Assembly (NCBI GenBank): GCA_963795085.1
Contig: CAWCFX010000003.1
Coordinates: 192,001 to 256,000 of the forward strand
Origin: an uncultured Gemmatimonadales bacterium
GTDB taxonomy: Bacteria > Gemmatimonadota > Gemmatimonadetes > Gemmatimonadales > GWC2-71-9
DNA length: 64,000 nt
Reading direction: 5' to 3'
Made by a program: the position numbers and the translations under genes. This document shows positions 38,152-47,529 of the stretch, one piece after another. Position 1 is the first letter of the stretch. Every line of letters starts with the position of its first letter. The notes beneath the pieces are model-generated. The model made no database searches and had not been told where the DNA came from. It saw only the letters and a list, made by a program, of their open reading frames with translations.

Positions 38152-38998
38152 TCGGACCGGCCTCGAGCGCGGCCTGCACCTGCTGGGCCCGCTCTTCGGC
38201 GAGGCCGGCCGTCCGGGCCAGGTTGAGCACCGCCAGACCCACCGTGCGATACAACATCTGGTCCCGGGCACTGAGGGCCGCGAGGTGCAACCGGACCGTC
38301 GCCAGGTCCCCCCGGCGAATAGGCCCGGTGAGCGAGACGGCCGGCCCCAGGGCCGCAAGGTTGGCCACTGCCCCCTCCAGCAGCGGCAGGTAAATCCGCG
38401 CCGCGACCTCGGGATCAATCCCTGCCTCTACCGCAAGCCGCTCTGCGGCCCCGAACAATCCCACCGTGAAATTGCCCGCCAAGACCGCCCCCGCGTGGTA
38501 CTTTGCCTTGCCTCCCGCAGGAATGACAATCGGGCTCATCTGGAGAAGCCTGGCCAGCCGTTTCCCCATATCGATGGCCCGCTCGTCCCCTTCCAGGCCC
38601 GCGTACGCCCCCATCAGGCGTTCACTGGCGCTGGCCGGGTCAGCGACGGTCTGCAGCGGGTGAAAGGAGCCCAGGCCGGCGCCGCTGGATGACAATGCCG
38701 CTAGGGCGTTTCGGTCCAGGGGTCCGGCGAGGTGCAGCACGACATGGTGGGCTCCAATGACCCCGAGCCCGGCCACCTCGGAGGCGACCGGCTCCACCGC
38801 CGAGTCCGGGGTGGCGATGAGAACGACCTGGGCCGAACGGAGAGCCGGCGCCCAGGCATCCCCCAGCGAAAACGGCGGGCCCACGTCCTGGGCGCGGCGC
38901 CCCAGGAGCGTGACGTGCTGGCCCCCAGCCGCAAGCGCATTGCCCAGCCCCTGCCCCATCCTCCCCGCCCCGATGATCGCGATTCTCAGATTCGGCAT
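38105..38998 (-). CDS. Rossmann-like + DUF2520 oxidoreductase (PanG-like)
   Basis: IIGAGRMG, IATPD, SFHPLQT, YHAGAV..GNF, LTGPIRRGD. Confidence 0.88.
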   Translation of the reverse strand: MPNLRIAIIGAGRMGQGLGNALAAGGQHVTLLGRRAQDVGPPFSLGDAWAPALRSAQVVLIATPDSAVEPVASEVAGLGVIGAHHVVLHLAGPLDRNALAALSSSGAGLGSFHPLQTVADPASASERLMGAYAGLEGDERAIDMGKRLARLLQMSPIVIPAGGKAKYHAGAVLAGNFTVGLFGAAERLAVEAGIDPEVAARIYLPLLEGAVANLAALGPAVSLTGPIRRGDLATVRLHLAALSARDQMLYRTVGLAVLNLARTAGLAEERAQQVQAALEAGPTTSTSPPGPRPEPRT

Positions 38999-39091
38999 GA
39001 CACCCGTATGTGAAAGTGGACAGCCTTGGTCATAGATCACGCCCTTCAGGGAGTGTGGCCCCTAGAATGGCAAGGCGCAAGCGGCGGCGGG

Positions 39092-39108
39092 TTGGCACCC
39101 GTCGTGCC
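39092..39108 (+). promoter_or_regulatory. Putative sigma54 (-24/-12) promoter
   Basis: TTGGCACCCGTCGTGCC has GG-N10-GC with the TGGCAC core, about 80 nt before the ATG at 39187. Confidence 0.5.
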
Positions 39109-39186
39109 TTTCAGCAGTGCCTGGATGGCGACGTCTCCACCAACCGCGCGCATCCATGGGGAATAGCCTGATCACTGGAGAATATT

Positions 39187-39972
39187 ATGCTGCGATTCAG
39201 CCGTAACCTCGCCTCTGCGGTCTTCCTGGGAACGGCCATTGCCGCCACCCCCCTCTATGCCAGCGCGGACTGGGAACTGCTTGGCACCCGGAAGGTCAGT
39301 TTTAACAAGGAGACAGACGTCATTGAAGTGAGCAGGCGAGAAGGCCGCTTTACTGCCCTGCGAATCGAAGTCGATCATGGACCGCTCGAGATGCACGATA
39401 TCCGGGTGGTCTTCGCCAATGGCGAGAGTTTCTCTCCCTCTACCCGATTTGCCTTCGGCGACGGCGGCGAGAGCCGGACCCTGGATCTGCCTGGCGACGC
39501 CCGCAGCATTACCCGCATCGTCTTTCGCTACAAAAGCCGGATGCGGCTGGGGTCCGCCGAAGTAAAGGTGTATGGCCGCCAGGGTGGCGCGGACGATGAC
39601 CACGGCAACGGCCATCATGACGGGCAATATGGCCGGCCATCGGGAGACGAGTGGACTCATCTCGGCGCCCGGGAGGTGGATTTCCGCCGCGACCACGACG
39701 CCATGCAGGTGGAGGGAACCCGGCGCTTTACCCGTATTCTGCTGGCGGTCGAGGGGGCAGACATCGAGATTTACAACGTCAGCATCAACTTCGCCAATGG
39801 GGAACACTACGATCCTGACGTCCGTCTCCGGTTCGAGGCGAATTCGCGCAGCCGCTTCATTGATCTGCCCGGGACCGACCGGGACATCAGGAACATTGAG
39901 TTCAGTTATCGCACCCTGCAGCGCGGCAATGCCGGGAAAGCCGTCGTGCACGTGTACGGGAAGACCAGGTAG
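39187..39972 (+). CDS. Secreted protein with two tandem DUF2541-like beta domains
   Basis: Signal peptide; duplicated W..LG.R.V.F..D....F.NGE...SR..DLPG..R.I..I.F.Y unit; His/Asp/Gly-rich linker. Confidence 0.75.
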   Translation: MLRFSRNLASAVFLGTAIAATPLYASADWELLGTRKVSFNKETDVIEVSRREGRFTALRIEVDHGPLEMHDIRVVFANGESFSPSTRFAFGDGGESRTLDLPGDARSITRIVFRYKSRMRLGSAEVKVYGRQGGADDDHGNGHHDGQYGRPSGDEWTHLGAREVDFRRDHDAMQVEGTRRFTRILLAVEGADIEIYNVSINFANGEHYDPDVRLRFEANSRSRFIDLPGTDRDIRNIEFSYRTLQRGNAGKAVVHVYGKTR

Positions 39973-39991
39973 GTTCCCGGACGGCGGAGAG

Positions 39992-40020
39992 AGCGGGCGG
40001 CTTTGGCCGCCCGCTTTGTT
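39992..40020. terminator. Terminator hairpin between convergent genes
   Basis: AGCGGGCGGC-tttg-GCCGCCCGCT then TTGTT. Confidence 0.75.
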
Positions 40021-40025
40021 CTGTC

Positions 40026-40841
40026 CTAGAGCCAGGTCTGGGCGATAAACCGGATACCCAGCACCAGCAGGAGGGCCGAAAAGACCCAGTACAGGGTGGC
40101 CGGTTTCGAGGCCCGGTTGAGATGCACGCCAAAGGGCACCGTGAGCACCGCGCCGGCCGCGATCGGGAGCGCCATCCGGAAGTCCACCCACCCCGCCATG
40201 AGGGGAGAAATGGCGGGCGCCCCCGATGCGGTCAGGTAGCCCAGCGTCCCCGACAGGGTGGCGAAGCCCACCGAGGCCAGTGAGGTCGGGGCCACCGTAC
40301 GGATCGGGAGGCGCGCAACGTAGAGCAGCGCGGGCACCGCGATCAGCCCGCCGCCGATCCCCAGTGTACTGGTCATGGCGCCGCCAAACAGGCCGATCAG
40401 CACCAGGAGGGCGGGCGAGGAGCCGTGCGCTTCGCGCGGCTCACCCAACTCCGAATGAGTGGCCGCCCGGCGCGCCATATCCGCCGCCGAGAGGAGGAGA
40501 AAGAGTCCAAAGACGCCGCGTACCCACTCGGCCTCCTCGGCATGGGCCACGATCCGGGCCACAAGAAATGAGGATAGCACCCCGGGGAGGCCGTACAGCA
40601 GCGCGATGCGCCAGGCGATGGCGCCGGTGCGGGCGTAGCGGCGGATGCCGAGCAGCGCGGCCACCAGCGCCACGCTCAGGCTGGTGGCATGGGCGACCAC
40701 GGTCTGCTCGGTCAGGGAGTAGGGAGACCCGCTGTAAACGAGGTACAGAAAGGGGACCATGAGGACGCCGCCGCCAATGCCGGCCAGCGCCGAGACGACG
40801 CCGACCAGCAGACCGACGGCGAAGGCCCCGATGAGCTCGAT
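40026..40841 (-). CDS. Sulfite exporter TauE/SafE family membrane protein (start uncertain, apparently non-canonical)
   Basis: Two GIGGG..VP repeats and ATSL/PTSL motifs; the first conserved TM lies upstream of the first ATG (40760). Confidence 0.85.
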   Translation of the reverse strand: MELIGAFAVGLLVGVVSALAGIGGGVLMVPFLYLVYSGSPYSLTEQTVVAHATSLSVALVAALLGIRRYARTGAIAWRIALLYGLPGVLSSFLVARIVAHAEEAEWVRGVFGLFLLLSAADMARRAATHSELGEPREAHGSSPALLVLIGLFGGAMTSTLGIGGGLIAVPALLYVARLPIRTVAPTSLASVGFATLSGTLGYLTASGAPAISPLMAGWVDFRMALPIAAGAVLTVPFGVHLNRASKPATLYWVFSALLLVLGIRFIAQTWL

Positions 40842-40856
40842 GACCGGTGCCGCTCC

Positions 40857-42497
40857 CTAGTTGCGGGTCGGAGCCGTCGGCACGGCGCTCGCCGCACTGG
40901 CGAGTTCCAGCAGGGCAGCCGGCGTTGCCGCCCGCGCCAGCAGGCCCAGGGCCGTCTGGACCTGGCGGTCGTCTCGTGACCGGCGGCGGAATTCGGCCGG
41001 CCGGCCAAAGACGTAGCGGGCGATTTCGTACGAAAGGTTCTGGTCCAGGAAGCGGCCGGCCTGGGCGACGGTGCCTGGCTCCAGAGTCACCCCCTTCTGG
41101 CGCAGTCGGCTGACCGCCTCGGCCCGCATTGCGGGGGTGACCGTGAAATCTTCTCCGCTGATGGCCCGGTCCCGCTTGAGATCGAGGGCATAGGCCGTCA
41201 GCACGTCGCGATATTCCTGGACCCGGGAACCCACGGCTTCGATAAATGCCCGCTCCCCTGGGGTAGTGCTGTCCTGCCGCATGACGATGTCCGGCACGAT
41301 CCCGCCGCCACCCACGACGATTCGTCCGGCATCGGTGCGAAAGATGGGGGCGGCGGAATCGGCGCCTGCCGTATCGGGCACCAGCGCCGCCGCGCCGGTA
41401 TCCCCGGCGGCCAGCGCGAACTGCTCTTCCTCATTCCGGGCCACCCGCTGAATAGTGCGGCCGCTGGGGGTGAACCAGCGGGCCGTGGTCAGCTTCAGGG
41501 CCACGTTTTCGCCCAGATTGAACAGGGTCTGCACCAGGCCCTTCCCGAAGGTGGGGGTTCCGACCACTACCGCCCGGTCATGGTCCTGCATCGCGCCGGC
41601 GATGATCTCGGCGGCACTGGCGCTGCCCTCGTTCACCAGCACGACAATCGGCAGATTGGGCCAGACCTGGCGGGCCTCATCCACGAACTGGCGGCTGGAG
41701 CCTTTGGCCCGCCCGCGGGTGGAGACGATCTCCTGCCGCGAATCGAGGAAAAGGTCGGCAACTTTGACACCCTGGTCAAGCAGCCCGCCGGGGTTGCCCC
41801 GCAGGTCGAAGATCATGGACTTCATGCCCTTGCCGATCATCGCCGTAATTTCGGCCTGCAGTTCCGCCGCCGAGGATTCGCTGACCGGGTTGAGCGAGAT
41901 ATACCCCACGCCGCCGGGGAAAAGGGTACCGGCCGGCACCGACTTGAGATGGATACGGGCCCGTACCAGGTCGTAGATCAGGGGCTCCGTGATGCCGGCC
42001 CGCTCGACCTTGATGCGCACCTTGCTGCCCGGCTCGCCCCGGAGGGCATTCACGGCCCGCTCGTTCTTCCAGCCTTCGGTATTCTTGCCGTCCACTTCGA
42101 TAATGCGGTCGCCAGTCTCGATACCGGCCCGTTCCGCCGGGGTTTCCGGGAGGGGAGCGACCACCGTGATCCAGCCATCGCGCACGTCGATCTGGATGCC
42201 GAGGCCGCCGTAGTTCCCGGTGGTCGTCTCGGTCAGTTGTTTGAAGTCGTCCTCGACCAGCAGGACGGAGTAGGGATCATGCAGTTCGGCGAGGAGTCCG
42301 TCGGTCGCCTTCCGGTAGAGCGAGCTTTCGCTCAGCGAGTCCACGTAATACTGGCTCACATGGGACAGGACGTCATCGAACAGGCGTGCCTGCTGGTACA
42401 CGTTGCCGTCGGCCGCCGCTCCCCGCTGGAGGAGCCAGCCTCCGCTGAAGAACGACACCACCGCGACCAACCCGATCACTCCCCAACGCTGCCGCAT
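40857..42497 (-). CDS. S41 carboxy-terminal processing protease (PDZ + peptidase)
   Basis: DPYS, GLGIQI, DLRGNPGGLL, SASAAEI, TFGKGLVQ; start at ATG 42497 (GAGG RBS) or GTG 42515. Confidence 0.95.
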   Translation of the reverse strand: MRQRWGVIGLVAVVSFFSGGWLLQRGAAADGNVYQQARLFDDVLSHVSQYYVDSLSESSLYRKATDGLLAELHDPYSVLLVEDDFKQLTETTTGNYGGLGIQIDVRDGWITVVAPLPETPAERAGIETGDRIIEVDGKNTEGWKNERAVNALRGEPGSKVRIKVERAGITEPLIYDLVRARIHLKSVPAGTLFPGGVGYISLNPVSESSAAELQAEITAMIGKGMKSMIFDLRGNPGGLLDQGVKVADLFLDSRQEIVSTRGRAKGSSRQFVDEARQVWPNLPIVVLVNEGSASAAEIIAGAMQDHDRAVVVGTPTFGKGLVQTLFNLGENVALKLTTARWFTPSGRTIQRVARNEEEQFALAAGDTGAAALVPDTAGADSAAPIFRTDAGRIVVGGGGIVPDIVMRQDSTTPGERAFIEAVGSRVQEYRDVLTAYALDLKRDRAISGEDFTVTPAMRAEAVSRLRQKGVTLEPGTVAQAGRFLDQNLSYEIARYVFGRPAEFRRRSRDDRQVQTALGLLARAATPAALLELASAASAVPTAPTRN

Positions 42498-42511
42498 AAG
42501 ACCTCGCTCAA

Positions 42512-43168
42512 TCACCGGATTCCCTCAGAACGGGTCCCGGATCTGAAAATTTCAGGCCACGCCTCCCCGATCACGTCCCACGCCTCGCGGAGCACCTCAT
42601 CGGGGCCCCGGGTACCGTCTAAATGTCGCACCGCCGGGCCGTCCGCCGCCAGATAGGCCGCCACCACCCGGTCCTGAAATGCCGCATCCTCGAGATCCAG
42701 CCGGTCCTGGGCCTTGGCGGAGGTCCGCTGCCGCTCCATCCCCACCCAGGCCGGCACGTCGATGACAATCGTCAAGTCCGGCTGGAGACCGCCGGTGGCC
42801 GCCTGGTTAAACAATTCGGCGGTACCCCGGTCCACCCCCCGCCCGGCCACCTGGTAGGCAAAGGTGGAAAGGTCGAACCGATCGGATAGTACCGTCCGAC
42901 CCTGCCCCAGTGCGGGCTCGATGACATGATGCACATGATCGGCCCGGGCGGCGGTGATGTACAGCAGTTCGGCGAGGGGACGGAAAGAGCGGGACCGGTC
43001 CAGCAGTTCGTGCCGGAGCGCCTCGGCCACCCGGGTGCCCCCCGGCTCCCGGACCACAACCGGATCGTCGCCCGCCGCTCTCATCCGCTCCGCCAGGCCC
43101 CGGACCAGCACCGACTTGCCCGCACCGTCGGGTCCTTCCACGACGATGAAGCGGCCTGGCGGAATCAT
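42512..43168 (-). CDS. tmk: Thymidylate kinase
   Basis: FIVVEGPDGAGKS, REPGGT, SDRF..ST.AYQ, PDLT. Confidence 0.96.
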   Translation of the reverse strand: MIPPGRFIVVEGPDGAGKSVLVRGLAERMRAAGDDPVVVREPGGTRVAEALRHELLDRSRSFRPLAELLYITAARADHVHHVIEPALGQGRTVLSDRFDLSTFAYQVAGRGVDRGTAELFNQAATGGLQPDLTIVIDVPAWVGMERQRTSAKAQDRLDLEDAAFQDRVVAAYLAADGPAVRHLDGTRGPDEVLREAWDVIGEAWPEIFRSGTRSEGIR

Positions 43169-43515
43169 CCGAGCGTAATGATACTGCTCTGCGAGCCCTT
43201 CTCCATGCCTTCGCTGATCTGCTGGTTCACCTTGCTCATCACCTTCTCGAAGTTGGCGCGGGCGACCACGTAGGCCTGGCCGGCCGTACTCATTTCGAGA
43301 TCGCGGACCGCCTGCTCGTATCCCTGGGCAGTGGTCTCGTCGGGTTCCTGGCCGCTGGCCAGCTGAGTTTCCATCTGCTTGGCGTACAGCTGGATATTCT
43401 CGAGCAGCTTCATGCTTTCCTGGTCCTCCCGGAGACTGGCCTCCGCCCGACGCAGGCCCTTGTACTCCGGCGTCTGCCCGATCAGCCTGCCCAGCTCCTG
43501 TGCTTTATCCCACAT
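43165..43515 (-). CDS. YlbF/YmcA-like (Com_YlbF) helical protein
   Basis: [19 protein letters not shown]...FEKVMSKVNQQI matches the family pattern. Confidence 0.75.
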   Translation of the reverse strand: MWDKAQELGRLIGQTPEYKGLRRAEASLREDQESMKLLENIQLYAKQMETQLASGQEPDETTAQGYEQAVRDLEMSTAGQAYVVARANFEKVMSKVNQQISEGMEKGSQSSIITLG

Positions 43516-44368
43516 CGCGATCCTCGCTTCTCCGGGCCACCACATACCGGGCCCGGCCAAAAAGGTCATCCTTCACCAGAACATCGCTCCAGCCCAGTCC
43601 GCTCGCCAGGGAGGCCACCGATGCCGCCCGCGCGCAGTCCACTTCCAGCACGATCCAGCCACCCGGCCGGACCACCTTCCACCCCTCGGCAAGGAGTTGC
43701 CGTGTCGCGTCGAGGCCATCGTCTCCGCTGACCAGCGCCATCGCCGGTTCCCAGCTTTTCACCGAGCCGTCGAGGGCCTGGTACTCCGCCGTGGTCAGGT
43801 AGGGCGGGTTCGACACGATCACATCGAACTGTCCGGTACCCAGGCACTGGCACAAGTCCCCTGCCACCAGCGCAACCGGGCCATTGGCCTCCCCAATATT
43901 GGCCCGGGCCAGCGCCAAAGCCTCGCTGGACCGCTCGACTCCCACGACCAGCTGGAAAGATCCCTCCCGCGCAAGGCTGAGCGCGACGCATCCGGTGCCG
44001 GTCCCGATATCGGCCACCCGTCCGGTAGGCTGGCAGGCCAGGACCAGGTCCACCAGACCTTCGGTTTCCGGCCTCGGAATGAGTGCGCGGCGGTCGGACC
44101 CGATGGCGAGGTGCCGGAAACCGGCCTCGCCCAGTACGTGCGCCAGCGGCTCGCCCTGCGCCCGACGGGCAACCGCGGCCGCGAACCTGTCCCGGATGGC
44201 GTCGGGTACGGGCGCCATCGGCCGGACAATAACGCTGGCCCGGGACTGCCCGCTGATCCGCTCCCATATCCACCAGGCTTCCCGGCCCGCGGGTTCGATG
44301 GCCGCCGCGCCCAGCCGGCGGACGGCGTCCGCGACCAGGTCGGCGGCCATCACCGGGGCCTCAGTCAC
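43505..44368 (-). CDS. prmC: Release factor glutamine methyltransferase
   Basis: [29 protein letters not shown]; follows prfA. Confidence 0.95.
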   Translation of the reverse strand: MTEAPVMAADLVADAVRRLGAAAIEPAGREAWWIWERISGQSRASVIVRPMAPVPDAIRDRFAAAVARRAQGEPLAHVLGEAGFRHLAIGSDRRALIPRPETEGLVDLVLACQPTGRVADIGTGTGCVALSLAREGSFQLVVGVERSSEALALARANIGEANGPVALVAGDLCQCLGTGQFDVIVSNPPYLTTAEYQALDGSVKSWEPAMALVSGDDGLDATRQLLAEGWKVVRPGGWIVLEVDCARAASVASLASGLGWSDVLVKDDLFGRARYVVARRSEDRDVG

Positions 44369-45419
44369 TCAGCATCTCCTGCCGGCTGGCCATTCGGAGC
44401 GCGGTCACCAGTTCGTCGATCCGGCCGTTGATCACCTCATCCAGATTATACACCGAGAGGTTGATACGGTGATCGGTGACCCGGCTCTGGGGGAAGTTAT
44501 AGGTCCGGATCTTGGCCGAGCGGTCGCCGGTGCCCACCATGGCTCGCCGGCTCCGGGCCCGCTTGGCTTCCTGTTCGGCGATCATCCGGTCCAGCAGCCG
44601 GGCCCGCAATACCTCCATCGCCTTGAGCTTGTTCTGCAACTGGGATTTCTGGTCCTGCTGGCTCACCACCAGCCCGCTCGGCAGGTGGGTGATCCGCACC
44701 GCGCTGTCGGTGGTGTTTACGCTTTGGCCGCCGGGCCCGGAGGACCGGAAGACATCGATCTTCAGCTCCTGGGGTTCGATCTTAAGGTCCACTTCTTCCG
44801 CCTCCGGCAGCACCGCGACGGTGGCCGCCGAGGTGTGGATGCGGCCCTGGGTCTCGGTGTCGGGCACCCGCTGGACCCGGTGGACGCCCGATTCCCGCCG
44901 CAGCAGGCCGTAGGCTTCTTCCCCGCGCACCGCGATGATGGCTTCCCGGATGCCGCCCATGTTGCCGTCGCTGAGCGAGATGGTCTCGACATTGAGCCCC
45001 TGCCGCTCGGCGAAGCGGGTGTACATCCGGAGCAGGTCGGCGGCAAAAAGGGAGGCCTCGTCGCCGCCGGTACCGGCCCGGATTTCCATGATCGCGTCGC
45101 GGTCGTCGTGGGGGTCGCGGGGGAGCAGCAATTCGTGCAGGTCGGCCCGGAGCGCCTCGATTTCGCCGGGGAGACGGGCGAGGTCGTCGCGCACCAGCGC
45201 GGCCATCTCCGGATCGTTTTCTTCCTCGAGCTGCCGGGCCTGAGCCAGGTCGTCTTCGAGACGGGCCAGCCGTTCGGCGAGGCGCGTGATAGGAGTCAGC
45301 CTGGCGTGCTCCCGTCCCAACGCCTTCAACCTGGAAGGATCCCGGGCGGTCTGGGGGGCGGCCAACTCCCCGGCAACCAGCTCCGCGCGGGCCAGGGCCT
45401 GGCGGAGTCGCGCCTCCAT
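44361..45419 (-). CDS. prfA: Peptide chain release factor 1
   Basis: [21 protein letters not shown] (PxT), SSGPGGQ, RTYNFPQ. Confidence 0.97.
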   Translation of the reverse strand: MEARLRQALARAELVAGELAAPQTARDPSRLKALGREHARLTPITRLAERLARLEDDLAQARQLEEENDPEMAALVRDDLARLPGEIEALRADLHELLLPRDPHDDRDAIMEIRAGTGGDEASLFAADLLRMYTRFAERQGLNVETISLSDGNMGGIREAIIAVRGEEAYGLLRRESGVHRVQRVPDTETQGRIHTSAATVAVLPEAEEVDLKIEPQELKIDVFRSSGPGGQSVNTTDSAVRITHLPSGLVVSQQDQKSQLQNKLKAMEVLRARLLDRMIAEQEAKRARSRRAMVGTGDRSAKIRTYNFPQSRVTDHRINLSVYNLDEVINGRIDELVTALRMASRQEMLSD

Positions 45420-45421
45420 GC

Positions 45422-45643
45422 TCAGGACGTGGGAGTCTTGGCCGGCTCGCTCTGATACTTGCGCCGGAACCGGTCCACCCGGCCCGCCGTGTCCACCAGC
45501 CGCTGCCGCCCGGTGAAGTAGGGATGGCACTTGGCGCAGACTTCCACGTGAATCGAAGGATTGGTGGAGCGGGTCTCGAACTCGTTCCCGCAGGCGCACT
45601 TCACCGTTACCTTCATGTACTTGGGATGCAGGTCCGGCTTCAC
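45422..45643 (-). CDS. rpmE: 50S ribosomal protein L31 (Zn-binding form)
   Basis: [31 protein letters not shown] start after GAGGAG. Confidence 0.97.
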   Translation of the reverse strand: MKPDLHPKYMKVTVKCACGNEFETRSTNPSIHVEVCAKCHPYFTGRQRLVDTAGRVDRFRRKYQSEPAKTPTS

Positions 45644-45820
45644 GTTCGACTCCTCTTTCTTCGGAAACCCGTTAAACTGGCACAACGTGGGAAAAGCTGC
45701 CAGCCCAACAATTTAGCTCGTAGCCCCGAGGCAGGGCAAGCCTCGGTAGGCCAGCCCGGGAGAGTCCTCCGGACCGACCGGTGGTCGGGCCGGTGGCGGG
45801 GGCGCCCCCGAAGCGGCGAA

Positions 45821-45849
45821 TTGACACTGCAACATCTCGCAAGTAACGT
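45821..45849 (+). promoter_or_regulatory. sigma70 promoter of the Crp/Fnr gene
   Basis: TTGACA-N17-TAACGT. Confidence 0.75.
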
Positions 45850-45881
45850 ATTCACACAAACTTCCGACTGTGAGGGGCTCC

Positions 45882-46559
45882 GTGGCTCTTTCTCCACTAG
45901 ATGTGCTGAATCGGGTACCACTGTTCGAGAGTCTCCCCGAGAACGAGCTGGCGCATTTCGCCGAACTGACCCGGGAGAAGACCTACCCCAAGGGCAGCGT
46001 GATTCTCTTCGAAAATGACCGCGGGGATTCACTTTTCCTGGTTGCTTCCGGCCAGGTGAAGGTGGTCCTGATCGGCGAGGACGGCCGGGAGGTCATCCTG
46101 TCGGTACTCGGACCGGGGACCTTCTTTGGCGAGATGGCGCTGATCGACGATTCCCCCCGCTCCGCCCATGTCATCGCGATGGAGGATGCGACGCTCCTGG
46201 TGCTGAGGCGGGAGGATTTTCAGCAGCGGCTGCGCACCTCCCCCGAGGTGGCGATTGGGCTGTTGAGAGAGCTGTCGCGGCGGCTTCGCCGTGCCGACGA
46301 GAAGATCGGGAGCCTGGTGTTGCTGGACGTCAACGGCCGGGTGGCCGATCTGTTGCTCCGGGCTGCGGCGGAAGAGGGGGGCGAGCTGATTCGCCGCAAA
46401 CTGACGCATCACACCATCGCCCAGATGATCGGCTCCAGCCGGGAGACCGTTTCCCGGACCATGCGGGATTTCGTGGAGCGTGGGCTCATCACGGTGACCC
46501 GCAAGGACATAACCATCACGGACCGGCCCGCCCTCTTGGCCGCCGCCGGGCGTTCGTGA
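45882..46559 (+). CDS. Crp/Fnr-family transcriptional regulator (cNMP-binding)
   Basis: FFGEMAL...PRSA phosphate-binding cassette; HTH IAQMIGSSRETVSR; no FNR-type cysteines. Confidence 0.95.
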   Translation: MALSPLDVLNRVPLFESLPENELAHFAELTREKTYPKGSVILFENDRGDSLFLVASGQVKVVLIGEDGREVILSVLGPGTFFGEMALIDDSPRSAHVIAMEDATLLVLRREDFQQRLRTSPEVAIGLLRELSRRLRRADEKIGSLVLLDVNGRVADLLLRAAAEEGGELIRRKLTHHTIAQMIGSSRETVSRTMRDFVERGLITVTRKDITITDRPALLAAAGRS

Positions 46560-46593
46560 GGACACTCACCACCCGCAAGTGACCCTGCTCACA
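46555..46593. promoter_or_regulatory. Two tandem CRP-type boxes upstream of the MBL hydrolase operon
   Basis: CGTGA-ggacac-TCACC (46555-46570) and AGTGA-ccctgc-TCACA (46578-46593). Confidence 0.65.
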
Positions 46594-46644
46594 CGATTTC
46601 CGCCCTCCCGGGGCGGCACAGATCTCGCTAGCTGAGGTAGGCAA

Positions 46645-47517
46645 GTGACCTACACAATTACCTTCTGGGGCACCCGGGGTTCGATCCCGACGCCGGGACC
46701 GCACACGGCCCGTTACGGAGGTAATACGTCCTGTGTCGCAGTGGCCGGCGGCAAGGATGAGTTGGTCATCCTGGATGCCGGCAGCGGCATCCGCCCCCTC
46801 GGGCGAGAGCTGCACCGGATCGGGAATGGCAGCGGCGGCATGAGCGCGGATATCCTGGTTTCCCATACTCACTGGGATCACATTCAGGGATTGCCGTTCT
46901 TCCAGCCGCTCAACGTGAAAGGCAACTCGGTCCGGATCTACGGCTCCGCCCAGGAGGGCGTCGGCCTGGAAAGCATCCTCGACCGGCAGATGGACCCGAT
47001 GGTGTTTCCGATCCCGCTGCGCGCGCTGGCCGCGGAGCTCACGGTCACCGAAATCGCGGGCGGGGCGTTCGAAATCGACGGGTTCACGGTGGAAGCGTTT
47101 CGCCTGCGGCACCCGGGCACCACCCTCGGCTACAAGCTGGTGCCGGTGCGCGGCGGTCAGACCATGGCGTACCTGACGGACAACGAACTGGGTCCCGGCG
47201 GGAATTACGACGTCCCCGCAGACTGGCGGCAGCAACTGGTAAGATTTCTCGACGGCGTGCATACCCTGATTCACGACGGGATGTACTCCGAGGAACTGAT
47301 GGAACAACGGGCTGGCTGGGGCCATTCGACCCCGCAGCAGGCGGTGGACCTGGCGCATGAATGCGGTGCGGAACGGCTGATCATTTTCCACCACGAGCCG
47401 GAGCACGACGACGATACGATCGACCGCCTGGTCGCCGAGACCCGGCGCGATGCGAAGCACCTGGCGCCCCGCCTCGTGGTGGAGGCCGCCAGCGAAGGGA
47501 TGCACCTCAACCTCTAG
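46645..47517 (+). CDS. MBL-fold metallo-hydrolase (RNase Z/PhnP-like, possible phosphodiesterase)
   Basis: GTRGSIP, YGGNTSC, LDAGSG, SHTHWDH, HPG, TDNE, GWGHS, FHHEP. Confidence 0.92.
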   Translation: MTYTITFWGTRGSIPTPGPHTARYGGNTSCVAVAGGKDELVILDAGSGIRPLGRELHRIGNGSGGMSADILVSHTHWDHIQGLPFFQPLNVKGNSVRIYGSAQEGVGLESILDRQMDPMVFPIPLRALAAELTVTEIAGGAFEIDGFTVEAFRLRHPGTTLGYKLVPVRGGQTMAYLTDNELGPGGNYDVPADWRQQLVRFLDGVHTLIHDGMYSEELMEQRAGWGHSTPQQAVDLAHECGAERLIIFHHEPEHDDDTIDRLVAETRRDAKHLAPRLVVEAASEGMHLNL

Positions 47518-47529
47518 CGAGGAGTGGAT

